The translations under genes were made by a program, and so were the position numbers. Shown here in pieces: positions 13,871-25,916 of a DNA stretch of 64,000 nt. Location of the stretch: assembly GCA_964016885.1 (NCBI GenBank), contig OZ024747.1:56978001-57042000 (forward strand), in the 5' to 3' direction. A model generated the notes under the pieces. That model saw only the letters and a list, made by a program, of their open reading frames with translations. It had not been told where the DNA came from and searched no databases. The first letter of the stretch is position 1; each line of letters opens with the position of its first letter. This DNA comes from Eledone cirrhosa (taxonomy: Eukaryota).

Positions 13871-13911
13871 TCACTGAAGAGGTCACAGAATGTGTGACGA
13901 AAGAACTTTGA
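13871..13911 (+). ncRNA. Hammerhead ribozyme in the PLE 3' region
   Basis: TCA-CTGAAGA-G-GTCACA-GAATG-TGTGAC-GAAA-GAAC-TT/TGA. Six-bp stem II and short stems I and III, about 180 nt after the GIY-YIG-like stop. Confidence 0.65.
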
Positions 13912-14215
13912 CAATATATGAACAATCGTCTGGTTGTGGAACCAACTAACCAACCGGAAATTTAAAAGTTCTTAAATTTATAAATTTAATTTATAATAAA
14001 TTGAAGTGAAAGCAACTGGTGCATGTGTTTCTTATTGGTAACATGACCCTCCCAAAGCATAACAATATCGGTTTCAACACACGTTTTCAGATAAAGAATC
14101 TTGCTAAACAAATTCAGAAACGAAATATATATATACATATATATATATATATGTATAAAGCTAGAAGTTCACAAAAAAGAAAAAAGTAAAGAAAAGCAAG
14201 CTTAGAACACAAGAA

Positions 14216-14431
14216 TTAACCCTTTAATATTTACATTACTCTGTATTTACTATTATATTTTCATGGTAAAGTCTTTATCTCACATAATATCGAATCTACA
14301 AGATATTGATATTATTTATTTTAAGAATAATATCTTAATATAAGTGTGACAGGCTGGTTACAGCCAGTTTGAACAGAAAGATGTGAGAGAATTGTGGTCG
14401 GATACGACAGGTTTAAATGCTAAAGGGTTAA
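14216..14431. mobile_element. piggyBac-like MITE
   Basis: TTAA-CCCTTTA...TAAAGGG-TTAA termini (imperfect TIRs with TTAA sites), non-coding interior. Confidence 0.6.
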
Positions 14432-15337
14432 AGTAGAATAACCTGAGACCATCATTCTCTTTGTTTGTTGCCCCTGGAGAGAACGGTGCAAATTTGACAT
14501 TGTATAAAGTAATATGATGATAATGATGATGATGGAATGCCAGTTTTAAGAGCTCTAATCTGTATTTATTTATTGACAACTAGATTGAAAGCCTGGTATC
14601 ATACTGTCAAACCTTGCCAAGTTTTGAACTCACATTGCAGAGAGATGAGATTAAATGCTGAAATACAATTGAATCTGTTCCTCTACATTCTCCACATTAA
14701 TAATTAGTAAACTGATTATATACAACACCTCAGTATCTAATCTACCATTATAATTACTGTATTGATTATAGGCCTGTGTACTCGACCATATCAATGCAAT
14801 GAAGCATGATAACAAAATAATTAGCAGAAATTTCAGAAACAAAGTTTATAATGTTAAAGGTTATTTCAATTTAAGATATGGATGGATGTAATATTTTGAA
14901 TATGAATATCAAATATTTTGATTAGAATAATTGTAAGCAGCTCTTTAAATATATTTTTTTAAATTTTTCTATTTCATTATTATTATTGGTTTTATTCAGT
15001 TTGTGTTATGAAACAAATAAAATATATTCAGAATATTTATTGTAAACATTTGTTTTGTCTCTAGAGCGTTTTTTTTGTTTTTGTTGTTCTAATAATTGGT
15101 GTCTTTTGTTCTAGAAAATATTTTTTTATAATATGGAATAGAATAATTGAGAATTTATTGTATTTACTTCTATTGTAAAATTTCATGATTACACTAATTG
15201 CCTGTATAAATACATGTGTATAAATATATCTATGCATATAAATCTATATATGTGTATAAATATATCTATGCATATAAATCTATATATGTGTATATATATT
15301 TTTATATAGCTATGATATATGTATATATGTGTATATA

Positions 15338-15662
15338 TCATTTCATCATCATCATTTCATTTTACGTCCGCTTTTCCCTGCTTGCAAGGGTGGGACGGGA
15401 ACTGATTCTGGCTTGATTTCTACAGCTGGATGCCCTTCCTAACACCAACCTCATTTACAGTGAGTGCTGGGTGCTTTTTTGCCGTGGCACCTCCACGACC
15501 ACTTTGCAGTGGAATGATATGGACTCCAGTCCCTATCATCTCATTTCTACAGCTGAGTAAACTGGAGCAATGTGAAATGAAGTGTCTTGCTCAAGGAAAC
15601 AACACATCACCCGGTCTTTCGATTGCAAGGCCAATGCTCTAACCACTGAGCCATGTGCTTCC
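15338..15662 (-). mobile_element. SINE family B
   Basis: Near-identical to 33334-33680, with a small deletion in the head. Confidence 0.85.
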
Positions 15663-15689
15663 ATATATATATATATATAAATATATATA

Positions 15690-16997
15690 TCATCATCATC
15701 ATCATCATCATCACCATCGTTTAACATCCATTTTCAACGCTAGCATGGGTCTGGACGGGAATTATCCCACTTGAGGCAAGATTGGTTGTCTTGCTCAGGA
15801 CTGTCTGGCGGGTTTTCTACGGCTGGATGCCTTCCTAACACCAACCACGTTTACAGTGTGGACTGGGAGGTTTTTACCGTGTTACCTACACGGCCACATT
15901 ACAGCGTGGACTGTGTGTTTTTTTGTCGTGACACCTACACGACCTCATTTGTTTCGGACTGGATGTTGTGGTACCAACATAACTTCACATTTAAGGGGGT
16001 GGTGTAGATGGGGTGGGGGTAGTGGGACGGGGGTGTATTCTGTTAGAGGTGCCTACTGACTGTAGGTTTCGCTTTGTACTTAGGCAAGGCGGGTCTTCTG
16101 TATAACTGTGTAGCGCCAAAGATCTCAGTCCAGTGACATTGTCTTGGAGAGGTGTAAGTGTGTGAGGTCGGAATTTATCAAGTCGTCCCAGGTTTTTCTG
16201 GGTATACCTACTCCGTGGCTACCGTCTATTTTTATCGCCCTGCACTTTTTTATACAGCTGTCGTCTTTCATGCGCATCACGTGACTCTACCAACAAAGTC
16301 TTCTCTCGAGTAAACAACATCTGATCCCTCTTATTCCTAATTTCTCCCTTAGTTCGTTTATGCTTTGCCGTTCACGTATATTACTATTACACATCCAGCG
16401 GAGCATGCAAGCTTCGTTTCTCTCCAGTCTGCGTATATCCTCTGCACACAATGCCCAGGTCTCACTGCCATGTAACATTGCTGTTCGTATGCAGGCATCA
16501 TACAGCCTGCCTTTTATTTTTAGAGAACCCTTTAGCGGCCAATAGTGGTATAAGCTCTCTGAACTTTTTCCATCCCGTTCTGACTCTAGCTACTGTACTT
16601 TCAGAGCACCCTCCCCCACTGCTGATTTTGTCACCCAGGTAACGGAAGGTATCCACTCTTTCTATAGAACCATCTGTGCAATGGAATGAGCTAGTATTCA
16701 GTGGGCACTTGCTGCTACTAATTGCACCAGAGCACCGGCCACATATAAAATCTATATTCTTAGTTAGCTTACCTGTGATCCCACTACATCTTTTATGCAC
16801 CCATACTTTGCATTTGGGACATAAAATGGAGTTTCTGCCTACTCCTTTCCTACACACTGAGCATGGCCATTCCCCAGATGGGACCGGTGCCCTATTTTCC
16901 TTCCTACAAACTAGAACTTTAGTCTTTAACAAGTTAATTTTAAGGCCTTTTGATTCTAGGCCATGCTTCCATGCTTGGAATTTCTTCTCTAGTTCCG
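15690..16997 (-). mobile_element. RTE LINE 5'-truncated copy with family-C 3' UTR and (GAT)n tail
   Basis: ORF remnants 16498..16932 and 16287..16478 are nearly identical to the 44.8-46.7 kb copy, with a frameshift near KGFS. The 5' end abuts (TA)n. Confidence 0.9.
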
Positions 16998-17130
16998 ATA
17001 TATATATATATATCTATATATATATATATATATATCTCTATATATATATATATATATGATAATAATGGAGCTGCGGCGTTGCAAATGGGTTACATATGAA
17101 AAAGTAAGTCCTTCATCAGTGGCCCTCCAA

Positions 17131-17506
17131 CCGGACCGGGTGGTGTGTTGTTTCCTTGAGCAAGACACTTTATTTCACATTGCTCCAGTTTACTCAGCTG
17201 TAGAAATGAGATGATAGGGACTGGGGTCCATATCATTCTACTGCAAAGTGGTCGTGGAGGTGCCACGGCAAAAAAGCACCCAGCACTCACTGTAAAGTGG
17301 ACGTGTAGGCGCTACAGAAAAAAAGCACCCACCACTCTCTGTAAATGAGGTTGGTGTTAGGAAGGGCATCCAACTGTAGAAATCAAGCCAGAATCAGTTC
17401 CCGTATGAGCAAGACAAGGTCAGCCGACCAGACACTGCCCACAACAGGACTACCCATCTAACCCATGCTAGCGTGGAAGAACGGACGTAAAACAGTGATG
17501 ATGATG

Positions 17507-17508
<2 letters not shown>
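17131..17508 (+). mobile_element. SINE family B, 5'-truncated
   Basis: Matches the family B body and ends in (GAT)n followed by (TA)n. Confidence 0.85.
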
Positions 17509-17538
<30 letters not shown>

Positions 17539-17539
17539 G

Positions 17540-17683
<144 letters not shown>

Positions 17684-17964
17684 ACATTAATGAGAATTGT
17701 ATTTTATTTATAATCTGCCATGATAAATATTTTGTTGTGTTAATAATTACAAATTGGTGCCCTCACACATTAGTCCTATATCCACATAGTGGTAGCCTGC
17801 ATTGCAATAGAAATGTAACCTGTGTTAAGATGCTGTCTGATGAAGTCATGCTGGTGGTTGCATAAAGGCAGCATTGCATAATTATTAATATTACAGAAAT
17901 ATGTATTATGGTAGATTATTGCTGTGAATATTTACATTTTGCCTTCATAATTATCATTATTGTA

Positions 17965-18143
17965 CGAGGTGGATTGGCAGTGTGAGTAGAACGTCAGAGA
18001 CGATAGAGTCACGGCCCTTTACGTTCTGAGTTCAAATCCCGCCGGAGTTAGCTTTGCCTCTTATCCTTACGGGGTTCAATAAAATAAAGTACCAGTAATG
18101 TACTGGATAATTGCTGGCCTTGTGCCAATAGTAGAAACCATTA
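17965..18143 (+). mobile_element. SINE family A
   Basis: A/B boxes, core and GGCCTTGTGCC tail. Confidence 0.8.
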
Positions 18144-18379
18144 TTGTATGTATACTATGTGATGGACTACCAACTCAGATTTGGAAGGTTACATATGTCA
18201 TTGAGTGCGTGAAAATAATTGCATCATTGTTTACTGGTTGGAGTGTTGCATATGCCAGACTAGTTAGTCAACATTTTATAAAACAACATATATAGATAGA
18301 TAGCATAATATATATACATATATATACAATATCTATATATATAATGATGATGATGATGATGATGATATTATATATATGA

Positions 18380-18637
18380 GATCAAGATTGTGTAGGTGTC
18401 ACAAGAAAAAAAACACAGTCCATGCTGTAATGTGGCCGTGTAGGTAACACGGTAAAAAGTTCCCAGTTCCACACTGTAAATGTGGTTGGTGTTAGGAAGG
18501 GTATCCAGCCATAAAAAACCTGCCAGATAGTCCTATATGAGCGGGACACGGTCACCCGACCAACCTTGCCTCAAGTGGGACAACTCCCGTCTAACCCATT
18601 CTAGCGTGGAAGATGGACGTTAAACGAAGATGATGAT
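18380..18637 (+). mobile_element. Family C element
   Basis: Homologous to 19360-19610, with a (GAT)n tail and (TA)n flanks. Confidence 0.8.
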
Positions 18638-18734
18638 ATATATATATATATATTGTGAATAGTCTCCTACAACACTCCTCCCACTACCTGTATCAGTCTA
18701 AAGAGGCAATCTGGAATATATATATATATTATAT

Positions 18735-19072
18735 ATAAATCAGGAAAGAAGGTTTACATGGTTTGCTATACAAAAAAGTTTTTAATCACATAGCTTACAT
18801 TTGTTTCACTGAACTGGTCTGTCTAGAGATCGCTATCCGCCTAATTTTGCGTCACTCGATCGCCAATACAGAATTATAACCAGTCAGATCTTCGGAGCAT
18901 TCTTGCATGCTCCGAAGATCTGACTGGTTATAATTCTGTATTGGCGATCGAGTGACGCAAAATTAGGCGGATAGCGATCTCTAGACAGACCAGTTCAGTG
19001 AAACAAATGTAAGCTATGTGATTAAAAACTTTTTTGTATAGCAAACCATGTAAACCTTCTTTCCTGATTTAT
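18735..19072. repeat. Long palindrome: perfect 166-bp arms with a 6-nt loop (18901-18906); inverted PLE pseudo-LTR
   Basis: The arms are exact reverse complements. The right arm continues into a unique extension (TATTACTCC...) up to (TA)n at about 19241. Confidence 0.9.
18907..19017 (+). ncRNA. Hammerhead-like motif (CCGAAGA core variant, 60-nt loop 2), mirrored on the minus strand
   Basis: ATGCT-CCGAAGA-T-CTGACTGGT...ACCAGTTCAG-T-GAAA-CAAATG-TA/AGCTAT. Confidence 0.55.
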
Positions 19073-19267
19073 TATTACTCCAAGTGTTTACAACATAGGA
19101 ATTACAGCATACCCGCAGCATCACTATGAAAACGCCTTGTTGAGTCAAACCAAGCCAAGCGTTAATATTATCCACTACCTGGAATACCATAACTGGACTT
19201 CACCTAAGTGGACTGCATTTAACTATTATTTGTTAATCCGTATATATTATATATATATATATATAAT

Positions 19268-19610
19268 ACACCTCCGTCCCACCACCCCCACCCCATACAC
19301 ACCGCCCCTTTCAATGTAAAGTTACGTTGGTGCCACAACATCCAGGCCGAAACAAATGAGGTCGTGTAGGTGTCACGACAAAAAAACACACAGTCCACGC
19401 TGTAATGTGGCCGTGTAGGTAACACGGTAAAAACCTCCCAGTTCCACACTGTAAATGTGGTTGGTGTTAGGAAGGGCATCCAACTGTAGAAAACCTGCCA
19501 GACAGTCCTATGCGAGCAAGACAACCACTCTTGCCTCAAGTGGGAAAACTCCCGTCCAAACCCATGCAAGCGTGGAACATGGACGTTAAACGATGATGAT
19601 GATGGTGATG
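19268..19610 (+). mobile_element. Family C element (RTE 3' UTR-derived)
   Basis: Reverse complement of 15715-16037, which is the 3' UTR of the RTE copy. Confidence 0.85.
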
Positions 19611-20065
19611 GTATGTCTATTCTTGTATCTACCCTGTTTATATACTACCATTAAAAATTCTAACTTCATTGTTTCTGAAGAAGACAGTTTGATCGAACCT
19701 ATGTATGATGTCTGAAAGTATACAGTTATATAACTGCTATTGATCAGACACTATGTCAATATGATCAACCCTCTGAAATGATCATAAAATAATGATATGA
19801 ATAGGTAAAATAACTTGATTTTGTTATTGTTTTCATTGTTAAATTAAATCTAATTGTATATTATATATATATATATATATATATCATCATCATCACCATT
19901 TTAGGTCCATTCTTCCACGCTAGCATGGGTTAGACACATATATATAAGCAAAGGGATATTTAATTTGTTGGTAATTCAACAAATATATATATTTATAACA
20001 GATTCGAAGCACTCGACAAGTTTTCTGGAGTATAATATCAATGATATAAATTAATGGAAACTATA

Positions 20066-20123
20066 TTTATAAAACCATATTTATCAAGGGTACCAAAAGT
20101 TTGGTACGCTCTCATCAGATAAA
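20066..20123 (-). ncRNA. Degenerate hammerhead ribozyme
   Basis: Minus strand reads TTTAT-CTGATGA-GAGCGTACCAAA-CT-TTTGGTACCCTT-GATA-AATATGGTTTT/ATAAA. Stems I and II pair, but GAAA is mutated to GATA. Confidence 0.5.
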
Positions 20124-20693
20124 ATACAAAGTTTGTTTTATAAATATTGACCTATCCAGGAATGAGAACTTAACGGTTCAAGTTTTACCTGGATATATAT
20201 ACACATATATATATATATATAGAGAGAGAGAGAGCGAGAGAGAGACAAAGAGATAGATACAGAGATAGAAAGATATTATATTATATGTGAAAAATGCTTC
20301 ATATGATTCTCAAATCATTTTGAAAATAGGAAATAGCATTATTAAATTGGTATTTGGAGTATAACTTCACAAAGGTTCTTATATAGAATTGTAATGGAAT
20401 GTTTTAGATATACTTAATATATATATTAAATGGAAGTGGTGGTTCCATAAAATAACATTCAGTCTCCTGGTGAGAAAGTGAACATGGTACATGCTGTGAA
20501 ATGGTTGGTATTAGGAAGGGCATCCAGCCAAATAAACCATGTCAAAATGGAATGTATGAGCAGGTCACGGACAGTCGTCCGACCTTCATGTTTAGCCTTA
20601 GAACATGACAAGTCATCTAACACATGCAAGCATGGAAAATAGACATAAAACAGAGTTAGTAATGATGATCATGGAGATGATGATGATGATATA

Positions 20694-21544
20694 CAGGGTG
20701 CGGACAATTGTTTTAACTTCTGTTGTCACTCTTGTTTTCATAAAAACAGTGACTATATTTCCATTATTTATTTTCAAAATTGATTATGAATAATTTTGAA
20801 CCTCCAAATTTGTGGAAGAGACACGGAGTTCATCTTGGAATCTGCGCCGGGAGGACAAATAAGACCAGAAGATCAACTCCCAGAACAACAGGTGGCTCGC
20901 TGTCTCATCCAAAGACGTGCCCAGAGTCATGCAGACAAATTTTCCTGCGACAACATTGGTCTTAGGTGTCGTCAGCAGTCAAGGTGACATCATGCCACCT
21001 CACTTCTTCCCTGAGGGCCTCAAGCTGAACACTGATGGCTACATCCGCGTTCTGAGCGAGGTAGTAAAGCCCTGGATCGACCAAGTAGATGCAGGTAGGC
21101 CGTACGTGTGGCAGCAAGACTCAGCGCCCTGCCATACCAGCCAAAAGACCCAAGCCTGGCTGTCAGAGAACTTCGTCGACCACACTTCACCTGACATCTG
21201 GCCTCCCAGCTCGCCTGACTGCAACCCCCTTGATTTCTTTGTGTGGGGTGCAGTGGAACGAGACACCAACAGGTCTAGCTGCAATACGAAGGACGATCTG
21301 AAGGCCAGGATCACAAGTGCCTTTAGGGGCCTAAGTCGGGGGATAGTGAAGAAGGCCTCTAGCCGGTTCCGAGGCCGCCTTGAGGCCGTCATCAAAGCCA
21401 ATGGCGGGATTATCGAGTGAGATCGAAAGAACAAGTCATGAAGACAAACTGACACAAGTTTGATAAATATATCTTAAAAAATAAAACTACTGTGTTACTA
21501 TTTCCTAGACAGCAATCTTGCGAACAGATATCGTCTGCACCCTG
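20694..21544 (+). mobile_element. Tc1/mariner DD37D (maT-type) DNA transposon, internally deleted
   Basis: TIRs CAGGGTGC.GAC.AT / AT.GTC.GCACCCTG flanked by TA. Length 851 bp. Confidence 0.9.
20863..21420 (+). pseudogene. DD37D transposase C-terminal half
   Basis: WQQDSAPCH...SPDCNPLDFFVW, with 37 residues between the second and third Asp. The first catalytic Asp and most of the DNA-binding domain are deleted. A possible N-terminal remnant MNNFEPPNLWKR lies in another frame. Confidence 0.85.
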
Positions 21545-22009
21545 TATATAATGGACATATGCATGATTGGTTGTTTAAGAAGTTCAAAACCATGAGGTTC
21601 CAGTTTAAATCCTATTGCATGACAATTTGTGCAATAGAATTGAAACTGGGCAAGCTGAAATTGTATGCAATAATCATATATGATAAAAGGAAACTTCACT
21701 AATGCTGGTGTCATCAAACTCTGTAAATGGAATTTTGAGTTAAATATACTCTTTAGTGACACTGAGGATATAGACTCTTCAATGGTGATGCACTTTGTAA
21801 AGTGGTAGGTAATAGGAAGAGCATCAAAGGAGATGATAAAGGACAGCAACAAATGACAAGTTATTGTGGTACAGTACATCCATTCAAGCATGGAAAGGTA
21901 GACAGATGTAATAATGTTGATAATGATAAGAGAATATATTTGAGTTTGTGTATGTGTCCATGTGTATATATATGTGTGTAAGTATGTATGTACATATATA
22001 TGTACATAC

Positions 22010-22096
<87 letters not shown>

Positions 22097-22550
22097 TATA
22101 TTAAAATTGGCTACAGTCCGGTCCCTTATAATAATTGGATCTTCTCAATGTTAGAAAGGTCAATAGAAGTTTGGTAAGATCAAAATATATATTCAGACTT
22201 GCAATCACCTTTTGTTTAATTGGTTCTTTGACAGCTTCAATTTACTCTCTGTCTCATCTTGTTTGGACTGCATTCTTAAGATCCTCCTATGCTAAAATAT
22301 ATCTTTCTTCACTTTCAAATGAAACTCCAAATTAGATGACAGCTTTAAGTATTTCACCATCCATTATTACTTGTAAAATTATTGGTTTTAAAACCTAATT
22401 TATTTATCCGTCTTTCTATCTTACCACTTATCTATCAATCTTCTTTTCTTTTCTTTTTTGTTTTCATTGTGTTGCTGTCTCTTGATTCATCTATTTATCT
22501 ATCTATCTATCTATCTATCTAATGATATCAATTTCTCAATTGTATATGTA

Positions 22551-22874
22551 TAAACCTCCCAGTCCACACTGTAAATGTGGTTGGTGTTAGGAAGGGCATC
22601 CAGCCGTAGAAAACCCGCCAGACATGTAGGTGTCACGACAAAAAAACACACAGTCCACGCTGTAATGTGGCCGTGTAGGTAACACTGTAAAAACCTCGCA
22701 GTCCACACTGTAAACGTTGTTGGTGTTAGGAAGGGCATCCAGCCGTAGAAAACCCGCCAGACAGTCCTGTACGAGCAGGACAACCAATCATGCCTCAAGT
22801 GGGAAAACTCCCATCCAAACCCATGCAAACGTGGAAGATGGATGTCAAACGACAATGATGATGATGATGATGAT
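22551..22874 (+). mobile_element. Family C element with internal duplication
   Basis: The GGTGTTAGGAAGGGCATCCAGCCGTAG block occurs twice. (GAT)n tail. Confidence 0.8.
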
Positions 22875-23664
22875 ATATATATATTGCAAGCAGGGAAAAA
22901 CAGACGTAAAACGATATATATATATTCATATATAAATACACATATATATATATATATATATACACATGTGTATATACTAGTAGATATTTCATCATATTTT
23001 CTTGTCCAACATCCATTGTGTTTTCATCCCGAATAGCTACCTTCTTTTAAATACTATTGATGCACTGAGAAGAATAGTCCTGTCTTTTGAAGCATCCAAA
23101 ACTATAATTATTCCTAGAAGTTACATGCATATTTATATATATATATATATATATCGAGGAAGAGAGGGGGAGAGACAGAGAGGGAGACAGACAGAGAGAG
23201 AGAGATAGGTAGGGAGCTAGATAGATAGATAGATAGCTATAGATAGATATAGATATATTATAAGAGGCCTCTACTAATTAAAGGTACAAATACATTCAAT
23301 CAATTACTTATGATTGTATATGTTTGCAAGTTTCAGTGGGGGTACACAGGACAAAGCTAATGGAAAAAACAACAGAAAAACAGACAGTACCATCTCATCA
23401 GTCAACCTCTGAAAATCACTACAGTTTTGGTTCATTAAGGTTGATACTTTTCATTCCAGTGCACATTTGGACATATCAGGTAGAGAAAAAGACAGGAAAA
23501 GTTTTACCTTTCCGTGAATCACACTCTACTGTTGTGAAAAGGTGAAGGACATACTGGATACTCTTGTCTTGAATATATTGTTTGAAAGATATAATGGAAT
23601 GTTGATGATTGGATGTCCCGTTGATTGTAGGTCTGCTTCATTGAGGATGGACCAGAGAAAAACA

Positions 23665-24725
23665 ACAATGACAACAGAAATGGCATCAATAATGCCAACA
23701 ATGTCACCAGCAACCACAACAATCACAATCACAACACTAACAACAACATCATATCCTCATCACCACCAGCAACAGCAGCACCATACCACCATCACGACTG
23801 ACAACAATGGCAACAACAACAGCAACACCATATCTCCATCATCACCAACTACAGCAACAACTACAACAACGACAACAGTAACAACAGCATCATACCTCCA
23901 AACACAATACTGCTATAACCCCCAACTACAACAACAACAATGACAACACTAACAACGGCACCATACCTCCATCACCACCAACTACAACAACAACAAGAAC
24001 AATAGTAACAACAGCACCATAGCCCCACCACCAACAACAATAGTAACAACAGCACCATGCCCCACCACCACCAACAACAATGACAACAACAATAGTAACA
24101 ACAGCACCATACCCCCTCCACCACCAACAACGACAACAATGACAACAACAATAGTAACAACAGCACCATACCCCCATCACCACCACCAACGACAACCAAT
24201 CACCATGAACACCACCAACAATAGCACCAACAACAACAGCAGTGACAACAGCACCACGCCCCCATCACCACCAACTACAACAACAACAATGACAACAACA
24301 ACAGTGACAACAGCACCATTCCCCCATCACCACTCCCACCACCATCACCAACAACGACAACCAATCACCATGAACACCACCAACAATAACAAGACCAACA
24401 ACAACATCAGTGACAACAGCACCACACCCCCATCACCACCAACTACAACAACAATGACAACAGCACCATACCCCCATCACCACCACCACCACCAACGACA
24501 ACCAATCACCATGAACACCACCAACAATAGCACCAACAACAACAGCAGTGACAACAGCACCACACCCCCATCACCACCAACTACAACAACAACAATGACA
24601 ACAACAACAGTGACAACAGCACCATTCCCCCATCACCACTCCCACCACCATCACCAACAACGACAACTAATCACCATGAACACCACCAACAATAACAAGA
24701 CCAACAACAACATCAGTGACAACAA
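23665..24725. repeat. (ACA/ACC)-rich cryptic repeat with ~300-bp higher-order duplication
   Basis: CAACGACAACCAATCACCATGAACACCACC recurs four times. Confidence 0.85.
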
Positions 24726-25297
24726 TTATTATTTTGCCAAGTGAAAAATAAATCAATATCTAGAAATATATTCTTTGAACATTGGGAACTTAATAGGAAA
24801 TTAAAACAGAAGGAAAATCTCTTCAAGACAGCAGTAGCAGTACCATTAGAGGAACAACACATCTTTTGGCTAATCTGATTATTCCAATTAAATTACAATG
24901 ACAAGTCTAAATGGTAATCATGATGCCATCTTTATTGTTGGCTGTCTCTCAATGGTTTACTATTAAATTTAAACTACATATATATTTTTAAACCATATGG
25001 CAATATCTGGTAGCAATATCTGGTACCTAGGGCAAGTATCTTGTGAGTTATATTGATAAACTGAAATTGTAAAGGAATCCATCATATATATGTGTTCATC
25101 TCAACAGTTGAAGACTCTGAAGTTCTGTGTCTTTCGGTTGTATTTTTATTTTAAAAAAAAATTTTTTAAGGTTTCCCCTTCAAAAAATTTATTTTTGTTT
25201 TGCCTTGTTTTCATTCATTGTCTTGTCTTCTCTTCTCTTTGTTAATCTTCTTAAGTTTATATATATATATATTTATATATATATATATATTTATATA

Positions 25298-25749
25298 TAA
25301 AATAAAGTTAAATAAAAAGTCAAATGTTTAAAATTTAGCTTCGTTTATTACTGCTATATATATTTCAGTGACAGCCATCTTTGGCTGTGACCTCTTCAGG
25401 CAGTTTGAATTAGTATGGTATAGACAAGTACATATGTTGTTGAGGTGTATAATATTGTCAATACTCTGATATGCCCAGTTCCTGGTTGGGTTGTTATTTC
25501 ACTGAGGAACTGGAATCATATGATCATATGATTCCAGTTCCTCAGTGAAATAACAACCCAACCAGGAACTGGGCATATCAGAGTATTGACAATATTATAC
25601 ACCTCAACAACATATGTACTTGTCTATACCATACTAATTCAAACTGCCTGAAGAGGTCACAGCCAAAGATGGCTGTCACTGAAATATATATAGCAGTAAT
25701 AAACGAAGCTAAATTTTAAACATTTGACTTTTTATTTAACTTTATTTTA
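25298..25749. repeat. Perfect loop-less 452-bp palindrome (226-bp arms); inverted PLE pseudo-LTR
   Basis: Centre ATATGA|TCATAT at 25523/25524. The arms are exact reverse complements. A unique extension CATTACTCCGG... lies on the right, with (TA)n flanks. Confidence 0.95.
25643..25697 (+). ncRNA. Type I hammerhead ribozyme (mirror copy at 25350-25404 on the minus strand)
   Basis: ACTGC-CTGAAGA-GGTCACAGCC-AAAGAT-GGCTGTCACT-GAAA-TATATA-TA/GCAGT. Stem I ACTGC:GCAGT is perfect, and stem III is palindromic. Confidence 0.8.
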
Positions 25750-25848
25750 CATTACTCCGGAGTAACCAAACCAACCTGCGCACTTCGTCGAGTGCTCCAG
25801 CCTGCATACTGAGGTGTTGGTATACAACCAACATAAACTCAAAATCTA

Positions 25849-25916
<68 letters not shown>

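Noticed and set aside
17060-17130. Minus-strand CTGATGAAGGAC motif
   Set aside because: No GAAA and no convincing stems.
17830-17874. ATGCTGT-CTGATGA...GCAGCAT hammerhead-like motif
   Set aside because: Stem I pairs, but GAAA and stem III are absent; at most a deleted relic.
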